Counted from the first letter of the stretch, positions 1 through 8,205 are shown. The stretch: 24,000 bases of DNA from Dactylosporangium sp. NPDC005572 (GCF_040605515.1 NZ_JBEXCY010000046.1:7621-31620); one strand, 5' to 3'. Made by a program: numbers and translations. The notes: generated by a model not told the origin, from the sequence alone.

Positions 1-429
1 CTGGACGCTGAGGACTCGTACGGCAAGAACGGCGTCGTACGCGCCATCTCGATCTCTGAGCGCAAGCAGCTGTGGCAGGCCGACGCTCCGGCGACGAACA
101 CGCTGGTCCCGGTCGGCAAGCAGATCCTGGCCACGGCCACAGGGTCCTCCAGTGAGCTGGCCAGCTTCCTGTTCGACGACGCGGGCAAGCAGCTGCTCAA
201 GGACGACCGGAAGGCGATCGGCGTCCGCGTCTCGGGCGGCAGCCTGCTGTTCCTGAACAAGGCCCCCGGCACCCTGAGCGACACCGAGGTGTCCCTCGTC
301 GGCGTGACCGCGTCGACTGGTGAGCGGGTTGCCGTCGGTACCGTCAAAGGCACCAACTGCTCGTGGAACGCGGCCTTCATCGCCTGTGAGGCCGACGGCA
401 AGCTGCAGGTGTGGCGGTTCGCCAAGTAG
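1..429 (+). CDS. C-terminal fragment of a hypothetical protein (5' end lies outside the window)
   Basis: Frame +1 is open from base 1 to TAG at 427-429 (142 codons, third positions mostly G/C): LDAEDSYGKNGVVRAISISERKQLWQ...GTVKGTNCSWNAAFIACEADGKLQVWRFAK*. It is absent from the ORF track only because it has no start codon in the window. A strong terminator hairpin follows. No family recognised. Confidence 0.6.
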   Translation: MDAEDSYGKNGVVRAISISERKQLWQADAPATNTLVPVGKQILATATGSSSELASFLFDDAGKQLLKDDRKAIGVRVSGGSLLFLNKAPGTLSDTEVSLVGVTASTGERVAVGTVKGTNCSWNAAFIACEADGKLQVWRFAK

Positions 430-443
430 CTACTGACATGGAA

Positions 444-476
444 GGGGCGGCGCTCTCGTCGAGCGCCGCCCCTTTT
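444..476. terminator. Bidirectional intrinsic terminator between convergent genes
   Basis: Perfect 12-bp GC-rich stem GGGGCGGCGCTC (444-455) / GAGCGCCGCCCC (461-472) with a 5-nt loop, followed by TTTT (473-476). It sits between the + strand stop at 429 and the - strand stop at 488. Confidence 0.6.
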
Positions 477-487
477 CTTGCCTTAGA

Positions 488-1579
<1,092 letters not shown>

Positions 1580-1700
1580 AGCAGGGTGCCACCTTCCACC
1601 GGCAGGAACGTGCCGGACGATCCGAGTAGAAGCCCTTGGGCAGCGAGTTTGCTCCCCGAGGTTGCAGCCAGGTTAAGCGCTTGTTCCGCCCGTGCCAAGG
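1580..1700 (-). promoter_or_regulatory. Structured 5' leader of msiK (candidate msiK RNA motif)
   Basis: On the minus strand, hairpin CCGGCA-n6-TGCCGG (1599-1616) lies directly upstream of the SD-like GGAAGGTGG and the ATG at 1579. A long-range helix CCTTGGCA / TGCCCAAGG (one bulge) pairs 1693-1700 with 1633-1642. A conserved msiK RNA motif upstream of actinobacterial msiK genes is established knowledge, but membership here is not verifiable by eye. Confidence 0.3.
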
Positions 1701-1820
1701 TCGACGGTGGTTTTTGGGGTGATTCGGTCCTGTTTGGGTGCTCTAGTATGTCGGGAGCGCGGACCGGGTCCTGGCCGATAGGATCGTGGTTGGTGCCCTA
1801 CGTCGTCACGTGGGGCGGCC

Positions 1821-1894
1821 AGCCGACGTGGCGCAATTGGCAGCGCACCCGACTTGAAATCGGAAGGTTTGGGTCCAGATCCCGCAGTCGGCTA
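1821..1894 (+). tRNA. tRNA-like element, probably a degenerate or pseudo tRNA (class I shape, anticodon loop CUUGAAA = UGA)
   Basis: The 5' half is canonical: acceptor GCCGACG, U8, D-arm GCGC-AATTGGCA-GCGC (A14, G18G19, A21), anticodon stem CCCGA/TCGGA, loop CTTGAAA. The 3' half is poor: the T-arm is only GGG-TCCAGAT-CCC (no TTC) and the acceptor closes either as AGCCGAC/GTCGGCT (perfect 7 bp but a 3-nt 8/9 linker) or with a G-A mismatch. A UGA (Ser) anticodon without a long variable arm is inconsistent with a functional tRNA-Ser. Confidence 0.3.
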
Positions 1895-2326
1895 CCTGCT
1901 AGTCCGTTAGGCCGGCGTTCGTGCTCATTCGTGCTCGGCGACCACGTCGCTCGGCATCCTGCGTCCCCGGGACGTCTAGTCAGACACATCGGCCAACGTA
2001 GCCTGACTGGCGTATGGCTGAGTGCCAGCCGACTATCGCGATGCTCGGCGAGCCGGTTGCATAGTTCCACGGGCCGCTTTCTGGTTGCCTCGATCGGGAT
2101 CTTTACCGACGCGTGACATCGGGGCCATCCCCGCGATGCCCTGGGTGAAGCCAAAGCGCCCGGTAGTCGGGCTGACGTGCGCTGGCAGCGATGTCACGGC
2201 GCTGTTCGGGGCCGCGTCTCATGACATGGCGTCGTGGCACACAGAACCGATGTCGCGGCGGCGCTTCCCACCTCGCCCTCGGAGCACGATGACGTCGGCA
2301 GCGCCGCGGGCTCGGCATGAGCCAGC

Positions 2327-2470
2327 GTGACCCTCGCGGACCGGCTGTGCGCCGTGTCTGGTCGGTCGACCATCACGCGTTATGAGTTGTCCCGCTACGA
2401 GCGCGGACTGCGGGTGCCGCGCTGCCACTCGAAGTCTCGCCGCTTGCCTCAAGGTACCGCTGTAGGACCT
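2327..2470 (+). pseudogene. Remnant of an XRE-family helix-turn-helix regulator (truncated and frameshifted)
   Basis: LADRLCAVSGRSTITRYELSRYERGLRVP matches the helix 2-turn-helix 3 consensus of XRE HTH proteins (...S...iSryErG.r.P). An in-frame TGA lies immediately upstream of 2327. The expected continuation (LAACLKVPL) appears only in the +1 frame and ends in TAG. Confidence 0.3.
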
Positions 2471-2557
2471 GCAGCAAGCCGCTGCCGAGCGGCTGATGTC
2501 GGCGGTACGGCCGGCCCTCCCGCGCAAGTCTGTCGATGGCCGGGCTACCCTGCGCCG

Positions 2558-2866
2558 GTGAGTTCGCTGAAACGGTCACAGTTCGATGCCCTGGTCGAGG
2601 AGGCGACTGTTGACTGTTACAACGAGGATGAGCAGCTGACGGGCCTGTACACCATGATCGAGGACAACCTCGCGCTGCCGTTCACGACGGAGGTTCTCGG
2701 CGTCGAGGTCACGGTGCGCCGGGTGGATCTGCGCGGTGACCGGATTGTGGCGATCTGCCACCGGGGTCGTGAGCGGCAAGCGATCGAGATCCTGGACCTT
2801 CCCTTGCCCGATCCTCGACCCGAGGGTGCGCAGTGGATCGAGGCGTACCGGCACTGGGGCGGATGA
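2558..2866 (+). CDS. Small conserved hypothetical protein (about 102 aa), first gene of a two-gene cassette
   Basis: Coding-looking part of ORF 2327..2866: VSSLKRSQFDALVEEATVDCYNEDEQLTGLYTMIEDNLALPFTTEVLGVEVTVRRVDLRGDRIVAICHRGRERQAIEILDLPLPDPRPEGAQWIEAYRHWGG. GTG 2558 is the only plausible in-frame start downstream of the HTH remnant, but the start is uncertain and no clear SD is present. The stop lies 3 nt before the next gene's GTG. Confidence 0.5.
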   Translation: MSSLKRSQFDALVEEATVDCYNEDEQLTGLYTMIEDNLALPFTTEVLGVEVTVRRVDLRGDRIVAICHRGRERQAIEILDLPLPDPRPEGAQWIEAYRHWGG

Positions 2867-2869
2867 CCT

Positions 2870-4036
2870 GTGAGCGAGTACCAGTACTACGAGTTCGTGG
2901 CGATCGACCAGCAGTTGACGGCGGCGGAGCAGGGCGAGCTGCGGGCGGTGTCGACACGCGGCCGGATCAGCGCGTCGAGCTTCGTCAACGACTACCAGTG
3001 GGGTGATCTGAAGGCCGACCCGCGCAAGTGGATGGAGCGGTACTTCGACGCCCACCTGTACCTGGCGAACTGGGGCACTCGCCGGATTGCGCTGCGGCTG
3101 CCGGTACAGCTGCTGGATCCGGATCTCGCGGCGACCTACTGCGTGGGTCACGCCGCTTCGTCGTGGGCCACGGACGAGCATGTGATCCTCGACCTGTACA
3201 GCAGGGATGAGGACGGCGACGAGGAGTGGTGGGAGGAAGAGGCCGCGCTGGCGTCGATCGTTCCGGTCCGGGCTGAGTTGGCCGCCGGCGACAACCGGCT
3301 GCTGTACCTGGCGTGGCTGTTGTGCGTGCAGGACCAGGAGCTGGACGAGGACGAGTTGGAGCCGCCGGTGCCGCCCGGCCTGGCCGAGCTGTCGGGGCCG
3401 TTGCAGAGCCTCGCCGGCTTCCTGCGCCTGGACGACGACCTGCTCGACACCGCGGCCCAGGCCAGCGCACCCCTGACTGCGCCGGCACCCTCGGCGGCGG
3501 CCTTGGCCATGTGGGTGAAGCAGCTACCGGCGGCCGACAAGGACAAGGTCATCGTGCGGCTGCTGCGGGGCGACGGCACACACCTTCGCGCCGAGTTGCT
3601 GCGCCAGTACAGCGGCGGGGCGGCACCGGCGGCCGTGAGCGGCGGCCGGACGGTGGGCGAGCTACTGGCCGGCGCCGAGACGCGCTGGGCCAGCCGGCAG
3701 CGACTGGCCGACGAGCGTGAGGCGGCCGAACAGGCGCGCCGGGAGGCGGCAGCCGCAGCTGCCCGCGAGCAGCGCCTCGACGCGCTGGCCGCGGACCCGG
3801 AGCGGGCGTGGCAGCAGGTGGCCGAGCTGATTGCGACCAAGAAGCCCAAGGAGTACGACGCGGCGGTCGCTCTGTTGGTCGACCTGAAGGCGCTCGGCGA
3901 ACGCGACGGCCGGCGCAAGGCGTTCCGCGGGCGGATCCACCAACTGCGTCTGGAACACGCCCGCAAGCCGAGCCTGCTGGACCGCCTCGAACGCGCCGGC
4001 CTCATCGCGAGCGCCGCCGGCACAACGCCGGCATGA
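2870..4036 (+). CDS. Hypothetical protein, 388 aa (N-terminal YYEF...WGD domain, acidic linker, C-terminal coiled-coil/helical region)
   Basis: Long ORF with GC3-rich codons and SD-like GGCGGA 6 nt upstream of the GTG. Sequence: MSEYQYYEFVAIDQQLTAAEQGELRAVSTRGRISASSFVNDYQWGDLKADPRKWMERYFDAHLYLANWGTRRIALRLP..., acidic DEDGDEEWWEEE, and a C-terminal EREAAEQARREAAAAAAREQRLDAL...HARKPSLLDRLERAGL. The antisense ORF 3148..4023 is Arg/Ser-rich junk. No named family recognised with confidence. Confidence 0.75.
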   Translation: MSEYQYYEFVAIDQQLTAAEQGELRAVSTRGRISASSFVNDYQWGDLKADPRKWMERYFDAHLYLANWGTRRIALRLPVQLLDPDLAATYCVGHAASSWATDEHVILDLYSRDEDGDEEWWEEEAALASIVPVRAELAAGDNRLLYLAWLLCVQDQELDEDELEPPVPPGLAELSGPLQSLAGFLRLDDDLLDTAAQASAPLTAPAPSAAALAMWVKQLPAADKDKVIVRLLRGDGTHLRAELLRQYSGGAAPAAVSGGRTVGELLAGAETRWASRQRLADEREAAEQARREAAAAAAREQRLDALAADPERAWQQVAELIATKKPKEYDAAVALLVDLKALGERDGRRKAFRGRIHQLRLEHARKPSLLDRLERAGLIASAAGTTPA

Positions 4037-4095
4037 GCGCAGAGCTCTGTCGGCAGGGACAGGCCCTCCGTCTCGCTGAAGCGTCATAGACTGGA

Positions 4096-4137
4096 GTACG
4101 TCACGTACTTGACGTACGTACGTGCGGGTCGCATGCT
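4096..4137 (+). promoter_or_regulatory. Candidate promoter/operator of the toxin-antitoxin operon
   Basis: Perfect inverted repeat GTACGTCA (4096-4103) - CGTACT - TGACGTAC (4110-4117), embedded in ACGTAC repeats. It overlaps a -35-like TTGACG (4109-4114), with CATGCT (4132-4137) 17 nt downstream as a weak -10. This lies 25 nt upstream of the antitoxin ATG. Confidence 0.4.
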
Positions 4138-4161
4138 GGACGGGGAATGGTTGGAGGGCGT

Positions 4162-4578
4162 ATGTCCATTGCCGCGCATTTCGACAGCTACTCGGCTGCT
4201 CGAGCGCACTTCAAGGATCTCCTCGACGCTGCTCGCCGCGGCCGGGTGGCGACCGTACAGCGGGAGACCGGCCGGGCAGCGGTCGTGGACGCCGACCGCC
4301 TGAGGGTGAGCCTCGTCGGCGTCCTGCCATCGCCGCAAGTGGTGGCCGAGGACGGCGGATGGTCCGTCTTCCTTCCAGGGGTACCGGTGGCCGCAGACGC
4401 CTCGACGTTCGACGAGGCGATCGACGAGATGGTCCTCGCACTTCGGGAGTACGCCGACGACTGGCAGGAACGGCTGCTGGACGCCCCGAACCATCGGAAC
4501 AACTGGGCGCTGGTCCAGGTAGTCGAGCTCAGCGATGACGCGCAGCTGCGCGAGTGGCTGGTGGGCGCCACCCGATGA
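4162..4578 (+). CDS. Type II antitoxin, Phd/YefM-like N-terminus with a C-terminal extension
   Basis: ATG 4162 is preceded by GGAGGG. MSIAAHFDSYSAARAHFKDLLDAARRGRVATVQRETGRAAVVDADRL resembles Phd/YefM antitoxin N-termini. The C-terminal segment is PGVPVAADASTFDEAIDEMVLALREYADDW. The stop overlaps the start of the next gene (ATGA at 4575-4578). Confidence 0.65.
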   Translation: MSIAAHFDSYSAARAHFKDLLDAARRGRVATVQRETGRAAVVDADRLRVSLVGVLPSPQVVAEDGGWSVFLPGVPVAADASTFDEAIDEMVLALREYADDWQERLLDAPNHRNNWALVQVVELSDDAQLREWLVGATR

Positions 4579-5000
4579 GCTGGCCGACGCCGACCCGCCA
4601 AGATCACCAGAAATTCTGCGAGATCGAAGGGTGGGAGCCCGTCCGGACCGCGCGTGGCCGAACCGGCACCCACCACCTCACGTACGAGCTGGCGTTGCCA
4701 GACGGCCGGATTCTGCGAACCCGGATCTCCCATCCACCAGACCGCAGCACCTACGGTCCCGGCATCTGGAGTCACATCCTGCGCGACCAGCTCGACGTCA
4801 CCGAGGACGTCTTCTGGAAATGCGTGCGCGACGGCGTCAAACCGGCTCGGGGCAGGCCTGAATTGCCAGCGGCCGAACCGATCCCTGCCGAGGTGGTTCA
4901 CCTGCTCATCACCCGAGTCGGTCTCACCGAACCGGACGTGGCGCGCATGACGAAGGACGAGGCCATCACGCGGCTGAACCAGTACTGGGCCGGCGAGTGA
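4575..5000 (+). CDS. Putative type II toxin, HicA/YcfA-like (mRNA interferase-like) with a C-terminal extension
   Basis: Translationally coupled (ATGA) to the upstream antitoxin. MSWPTPTRQDHQKFCEIEGWEPVRTARGRTGTHHLTYELALPDGRILRTRISHPPDRSTYGPGIWSHILRDQLDVTEDVFW fits the HicA/YcfA pattern (k..kfl...GW..vr..gsH..y......r.ttvshP...i..g....Ilrq). The family call is from memory of the pattern only. Confidence 0.55.
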   Translation: MSWPTPTRQDHQKFCEIEGWEPVRTARGRTGTHHLTYELALPDGRILRTRISHPPDRSTYGPGIWSHILRDQLDVTEDVFWKCVRDGVKPARGRPELPAAEPIPAEVVHLLITRVGLTEPDVARMTKDEAITRLNQYWAGE

Positions 5001-5011
5001 TGGGAGGACTC

Positions 5012-5128
5012 ATGACCGAGTCCTTCCACCCCGCCGAGGAGCGTAAGCGGCTGGGGCCGACACGGCGCCAGGTTGCCGACCTCCTGGGTGCAACGCCCGG
5101 CCGTGTGGGTCAGGCGGCGCAGCGTTGA
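5012..5128 (+). CDS. Possible 38-aa HTH mini-ORF or truncated XRE-type gene
   Basis: GGGAGGA SD lies 4 nt upstream of ATG 5012. MTESFHPAEERKRLGPTRRQVADLLGATPGRVGQAAQR* has an HTH-like core (LG.TrrqvAdlLG.t.grV.q) but stops where the recognition helix of XRE proteins would continue. Too short for the ORF track. Confidence 0.25.
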   Translation: MTESFHPAEERKRLGPTRRQVADLLGATPGRVGQAAQR

Positions 5129-5392
5129 GCTGGCGAGCAACGAACTGCAAGTAGTGGGAGGTGCTTGAGGCTCGCCAACTCGTCGCGTTGCCTCGACCGG
5201 GGCGCTGGCCGCTCGTTGCGCTATTTGAGCGTCACCCAAAGCGTGGTACCGCTCCGTCCGGCGGCCAGTGGTCGGATGAAGCGAGGCCGAGGGTCTTGCA
5301 GAGCTGCTGCATGGCGGAATCGGTGTCGCCATTCGGCCAGCGGTAGTCCACCATCCATCGCCCGTCGTATGACGCAGATTTGGTCCCGGTGG

Positions 5393-7771
5393 TCAGACCG
5401 ACGCGCGGCCGGCGTACTTGATGAAGCCGAGTGCGCGGTAGCCAGGCATGCGGCGTTGGAGTGAGGCGGCGAGGATCGGTGTTGCCGGGTCGTGGTAGTC
5501 GTGGACCTCGGCGGTGTCCTTGCCGGGTGCTGTGCGGATCACGCGGCCGGCGCACTGGATCAGCAGGCCGTCGTAGGAGATCGGGCCGGCGAGGAAGAGG
5601 GCGTCGAGCGCCGGGGCGTCGAAGCCCTCGCCGATGAACGGCGTGGTGCCGATGACGAGCAGGCCGTCACCGGCCTTGGCATCGCCGAGCCGGTCGACGG
5701 CGGCCCGCCGGTCGGTGGTGCTCATCGATCCTTGCAGCACGAGCGCCTGATGGCCGCGCGTGGCGAGCATCGCGGTGAGGGCCTCGACGTGGGCGACGCG
5801 GCGGGTGAGGACGAGACAGTTACGCCCGCGAGCCAGGGCGGTGACGACATCGTCGACGATCTGGGTGTTCCGCAGTTCGTCCACTGCGAGGAGCCGGTGG
5901 ACCTCCGCGAGCGCGCCCGGCGCGTCCAGATCTACCTCGGCGACCTTGAACATGGTCTCGTGGAGGTGCAGCAACCGTTGCGGACCGGCATCCAACTCCA
6001 GCGCGGCGACGATGGTGCCCTGCTCCTCCTCGGTCATGGCGTGCCGGACAGGCCCGAGTTGCCAGGTGACGAGCTGGCCGAGCCCGTCTCGGCGGGTGGG
6101 CGTGGCGGTGAGGCCGAGCCAGAACTGCGCCGCGATGCGCTTGACGGAGTGCTCATAGGCGGCGGCGCCGAGGTGATGGCATTCGTCGACGATGATGTGC
6201 CCGTACCCGGCGGTTAGGGCGGCGATGTCGTCGCGCCGCGCGAGGGAAGGCAGCAGCGCGATGTCCACCGTGCCGGTGAGTTTGCGCCGGCCGCCGCCGA
6301 GTTGGCCGGCCCGGATGCCGAGGAACTGTTCGATGCGCTCGCGCCATTGGTCGGCCAGAGCCTTGCGGTCGACGAGCACCAGCGTCGAGGTGCCGCGTTC
6401 GGCGATCACGGCGCAGGCCATGACCGTCTTCCCGGATCCGGGTGGTGCGACGAGCAGCCCATCGTCATGGGCCAGCACTGCACCAACCGCGGCGCTCTGC
6501 CTGGTCGTAAGGACGGCGGTGAACGCGACGTCGATCTCCTGGCCCGGGTTTCGGACGTCGCTGATGGCCAGACGGGAGCCGGCCCGTTCGACGATCGTGG
6601 TGACGGTGTGGCGCAGGCCGCGCGGCAGGATGAGGTGGTCGTCGAGGGTGAGGTCGTAGCCGCGGATGAACCGTGGGGTGTCCCAGGTCGACTTGCGTAG
6701 GCGTTGCAGTTCGTAGAACTTGGGGTTCGCCATCGCGGCGGCGTGCTTGAACGTGGCAAGAGCGGCTGGGGTCAACTGTGCCGCGTCGAGGGTCAGCCCG
6801 GCGCCGGCCTCTGCGTGAACGACCAGGGGCAGGGCAGGATGGACGCGGGTCGCGGTCGACCGGCTCATCGCGGCGACGTCGGTGCCGGTGGTGGCGTGTT
6901 TCGCCTGCCGGGCGAGGCGTTCGGCGCCGCCAGGGCTGAGCCGGTCCAGTGTCGACAGGAACGCCCACTGGTCCTCGTACGGCTCCAGCGTGGCGAGGTC
7001 GAGGAAGGTGGTCAGTCCGTGGTCGTTGCGGCGGCGGCCCTGCAGCGGCGCGGCGATCAGGTTGCCGAAGCCGCCGTCGGGCAGGATGTCCTGGTTGGGG
7101 AACAGCCGGTCGTAGGAGCGTAGGTCCATCGACCCTCGCAGCACCATCGCCTCGTGCAGCAGCACGGTCCCGACGGCCCTGGCGACGGCCGCCTGGATCG
7201 GGCCGGTGAAGAAGATCCACACGTGCGCGCCGCGACCGGACTGCGAAATCTCCAGTCCGGCCGGCACCGCGCTGGCGCGGGCCGCCTTGACGTAGGCGAG
7301 GGCGTCGAGCATCGCTGTCGGGCCGTCGAAGTCGGCCACCACGAAGTGGCAGGTGTTGCCGGGCAGCAGCGGGTACAGCCCCATGAACACGTCACCGACG
7401 AGATGCGCGGCGACGACCTCCGCCGTACGGGGCAGGTAGGCGGCTGCGCGCCGGTCCATGCCCTTGCGCCAGCCGCCGGCGACGGCGGGCATCCACCCGG
7501 CAGTGCCGGTCCGGGCGTTCTCCCACCGCACCGCGTACACGTCGGTGCGGGCCTGGAACCGGTCGTTGAACAGTGCCAGCTTGTCCCGCACCGATGACGC
7601 CATCGTGACCAGACCCGGCGTGGCGACCGGCGCCGCCAACTGCTCCGGCGCCGGAGCAGTGTCGCGGCCACTCAGTTCCAGCAGCCGGGACAGCCGGGTG
7701 TTCTCCGCCCGTAACCGTTCCACCTCCCGGCGAAGACCGGCGAACTCGTCCACCGCACTCACGCCGACCAT
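5393..7771 (-). CDS. Archaeo-eukaryotic primase (AEP/PrimPol-like) domain fused to an SF2 DExH helicase
   Basis: AEP motifs occur in order: [18 protein letters not shown]; [10 protein letters not shown] (DxD); [11 protein letters not shown] (sGxGxH); [10 protein letters not shown] (hD). The helicase has APPGSGKT (Walker A), [11 protein letters not shown] (DExH), GLTATP (III) and QCAGRVIR (VI). An N-terminal coiled-coil-like segment reads [25 protein letters not shown]. The start is ambiguous: ATG 7771 ([10 protein letters not shown]), GTG 7762 (best spacing to GAGGA), or the ORF-track start 7831. Confidence 0.85.
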   Translation of the reverse strand: MVGVSAVDEFAGLRREVERLRAENTRLSRLLELSGRDTAPAPEQLAAPVATPGLVTMASSVRDKLALFNDRFQARTDVYAVRWENARTGTAGWMPAVAGGWRKGMDRRAAAYLPRTAEVVAAHLVGDVFMGLYPLLPGNTCHFVVADFDGPTAMLDALAYVKAARASAVPAGLEISQSGRGAHVWIFFTGPIQAAVARAVGTVLLHEAMVLRGSMDLRSYDRLFPNQDILPDGGFGNLIAAPLQGRRRNDHGLTTFLDLATLEPYEDQWAFLSTLDRLSPGGAERLARQAKHATTGTDVAAMSRSTATRVHPALPLVVHAEAGAGLTLDAAQLTPAALATFKHAAAMANPKFYELQRLRKSTWDTPRFIRGYDLTLDDHLILPRGLRHTVTTIVERAGSRLAISDVRNPGQEIDVAFTAVLTTRQSAAVGAVLAHDDGLLVAPPGSGKTVMACAVIAERGTSTLVLVDRKALADQWRERIEQFLGIRAGQLGGGRRKLTGTVDIALLPSLARRDDIAALTAGYGHIIVDECHHLGAAAYEHSVKRIAAQFWLGLTATPTRRDGLGQLVTWQLGPVRHAMTEEEQGTIVAALELDAGPQRLLHLHETMFKVAEVDLDAPGALAEVHRLLAVDELRNTQIVDDVVTALARGRNCLVLTRRVAHVEALTAMLATRGHQALVLQGSMSTTDRRAAVDRLGDAKAGDGLLVIGTTPFIGEGFDAPALDALFLAGPISYDGLLIQCAGRVIRTAPGKDTAEVHDYHDPATPILAASLQRRMPGYRALGFIKYAGRASV

Positions 7772-7793
7772 CCTCGTGGACCGGCACCGGACA

Positions 7794-7821
7794 CCCCGGA
7801 GGGGGTCGCTACTCTCCGGGG
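7794..7821. promoter_or_regulatory. Inverted repeat in the divergent intergenic region
   Basis: CCCCGGAG (7794-7801) - 12 nt - CTCCGGGG (7814-7821), a perfect 8-bp inverted repeat between the AEP-helicase start and the oppositely oriented AEP fragment. Its function is unknown. Confidence 0.3.
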
Positions 7822-7836
7822 AACGTCGCACCGCTC

Positions 7837-8205
7837 ATGACTTCGCAACGCCGGTCGGCTGTAGCTCCAGCTGTGACGTCCGTTGCTCGAGGACGTCTCG
7901 CCGTCCAGCGGCTGGTGCTGTTCAGGTCACTGCTCGTCGGCCGCGACGATGTGTACGCCCAACGCTGCGAGAAGGACGGCCAAGCAGCGGTTGGTGCCCG
8001 CAGTTTGAGTGACTGCCTGGCGGACGTGGCACGAAACGAAGGACGCCGCCGGTACCGACCGTTGGCCGACGACGTGCTCCATGACCACCTGTCCGGAAGG
8101 ACCACCGTCGGGCTGTACCCGATGCTCGGCGCGGTGATGGAGGCAGCCGACAGCCTCGGCGTCATCGCGGACTGGCGAACGGAGGGATCACGCGGATCGC
8201 GGTGA
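7837..8205 (+). pseudogene. Truncated, diverged N-terminal fragment of a second AEP primase-type gene
   Basis: The 122-aa ORF aligns by eye with the N-terminus of the neighbouring AEP-helicase: LVLFRSLLVGRDDVYAQRCEK vs [21 protein letters not shown], and YRPLADDVLHDHLSGRTTVGLYPML vs [25 protein letters not shown]. It ends near where the DxD motif should be (GVIADWRTEG instead of hhADFD) and lacks motifs II/III and any helicase. Confidence 0.5.

Noticed and set aside
1848-1864. Minus-strand reading of the tRNA-like anticodon arm gives stem TCCGA/TCGGG and loop TTTCAAG, i.e. anticodon UCA (tRNA-Sec or opal suppressor).
   Set aside because: In that orientation there is no T-loop (the arm becomes GCGC-TGCCAATT-GCGC), no long extra arm, no extended (6-bp) D-stem and no 8-bp acceptor, as bacterial tRNA-Sec requires. 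The + orientation explains the D-arm far better.
2327-2557. The N-terminal 77 aa of track ORF 2327..2866 as part of the small protein.
   Set aside because: This part consists of an HTH fragment followed by Arg/Pro/Cys-rich sequence, with an in-frame stop just upstream and evidence of a frameshifted XRE gene. It is interpreted as read-through of a pseudogene into the real small ORF.
5130-5392. Small ORFs downstream of the helicase gene: 5232..5354 (-) MVDYRWPNGDTDSAMQQLCKTLGLASSDHWPPDGAVPRFG (part of track ORF 5232..5555) and 5161..5346 (+).
   Set aside because: The long form overlaps the helicase 3' end out of frame. The 40-aa form has no SD or recognisable family. Codon bias is moderate on both strands, so this is probably another decayed gene remnant and not callable.
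7772-7831. N-terminal 20 aa ([20 protein letters not shown]) of the ORF-track version of the AEP-helicase.
   Set aside because: The extension is basic and low-complexity, runs through the 8-bp inverted repeat, and leaves only 5 nt to the divergent ORF. ATG 7771 or GTG 7762, with a GAGGA SD, is more plausible. The true start remains unproven.
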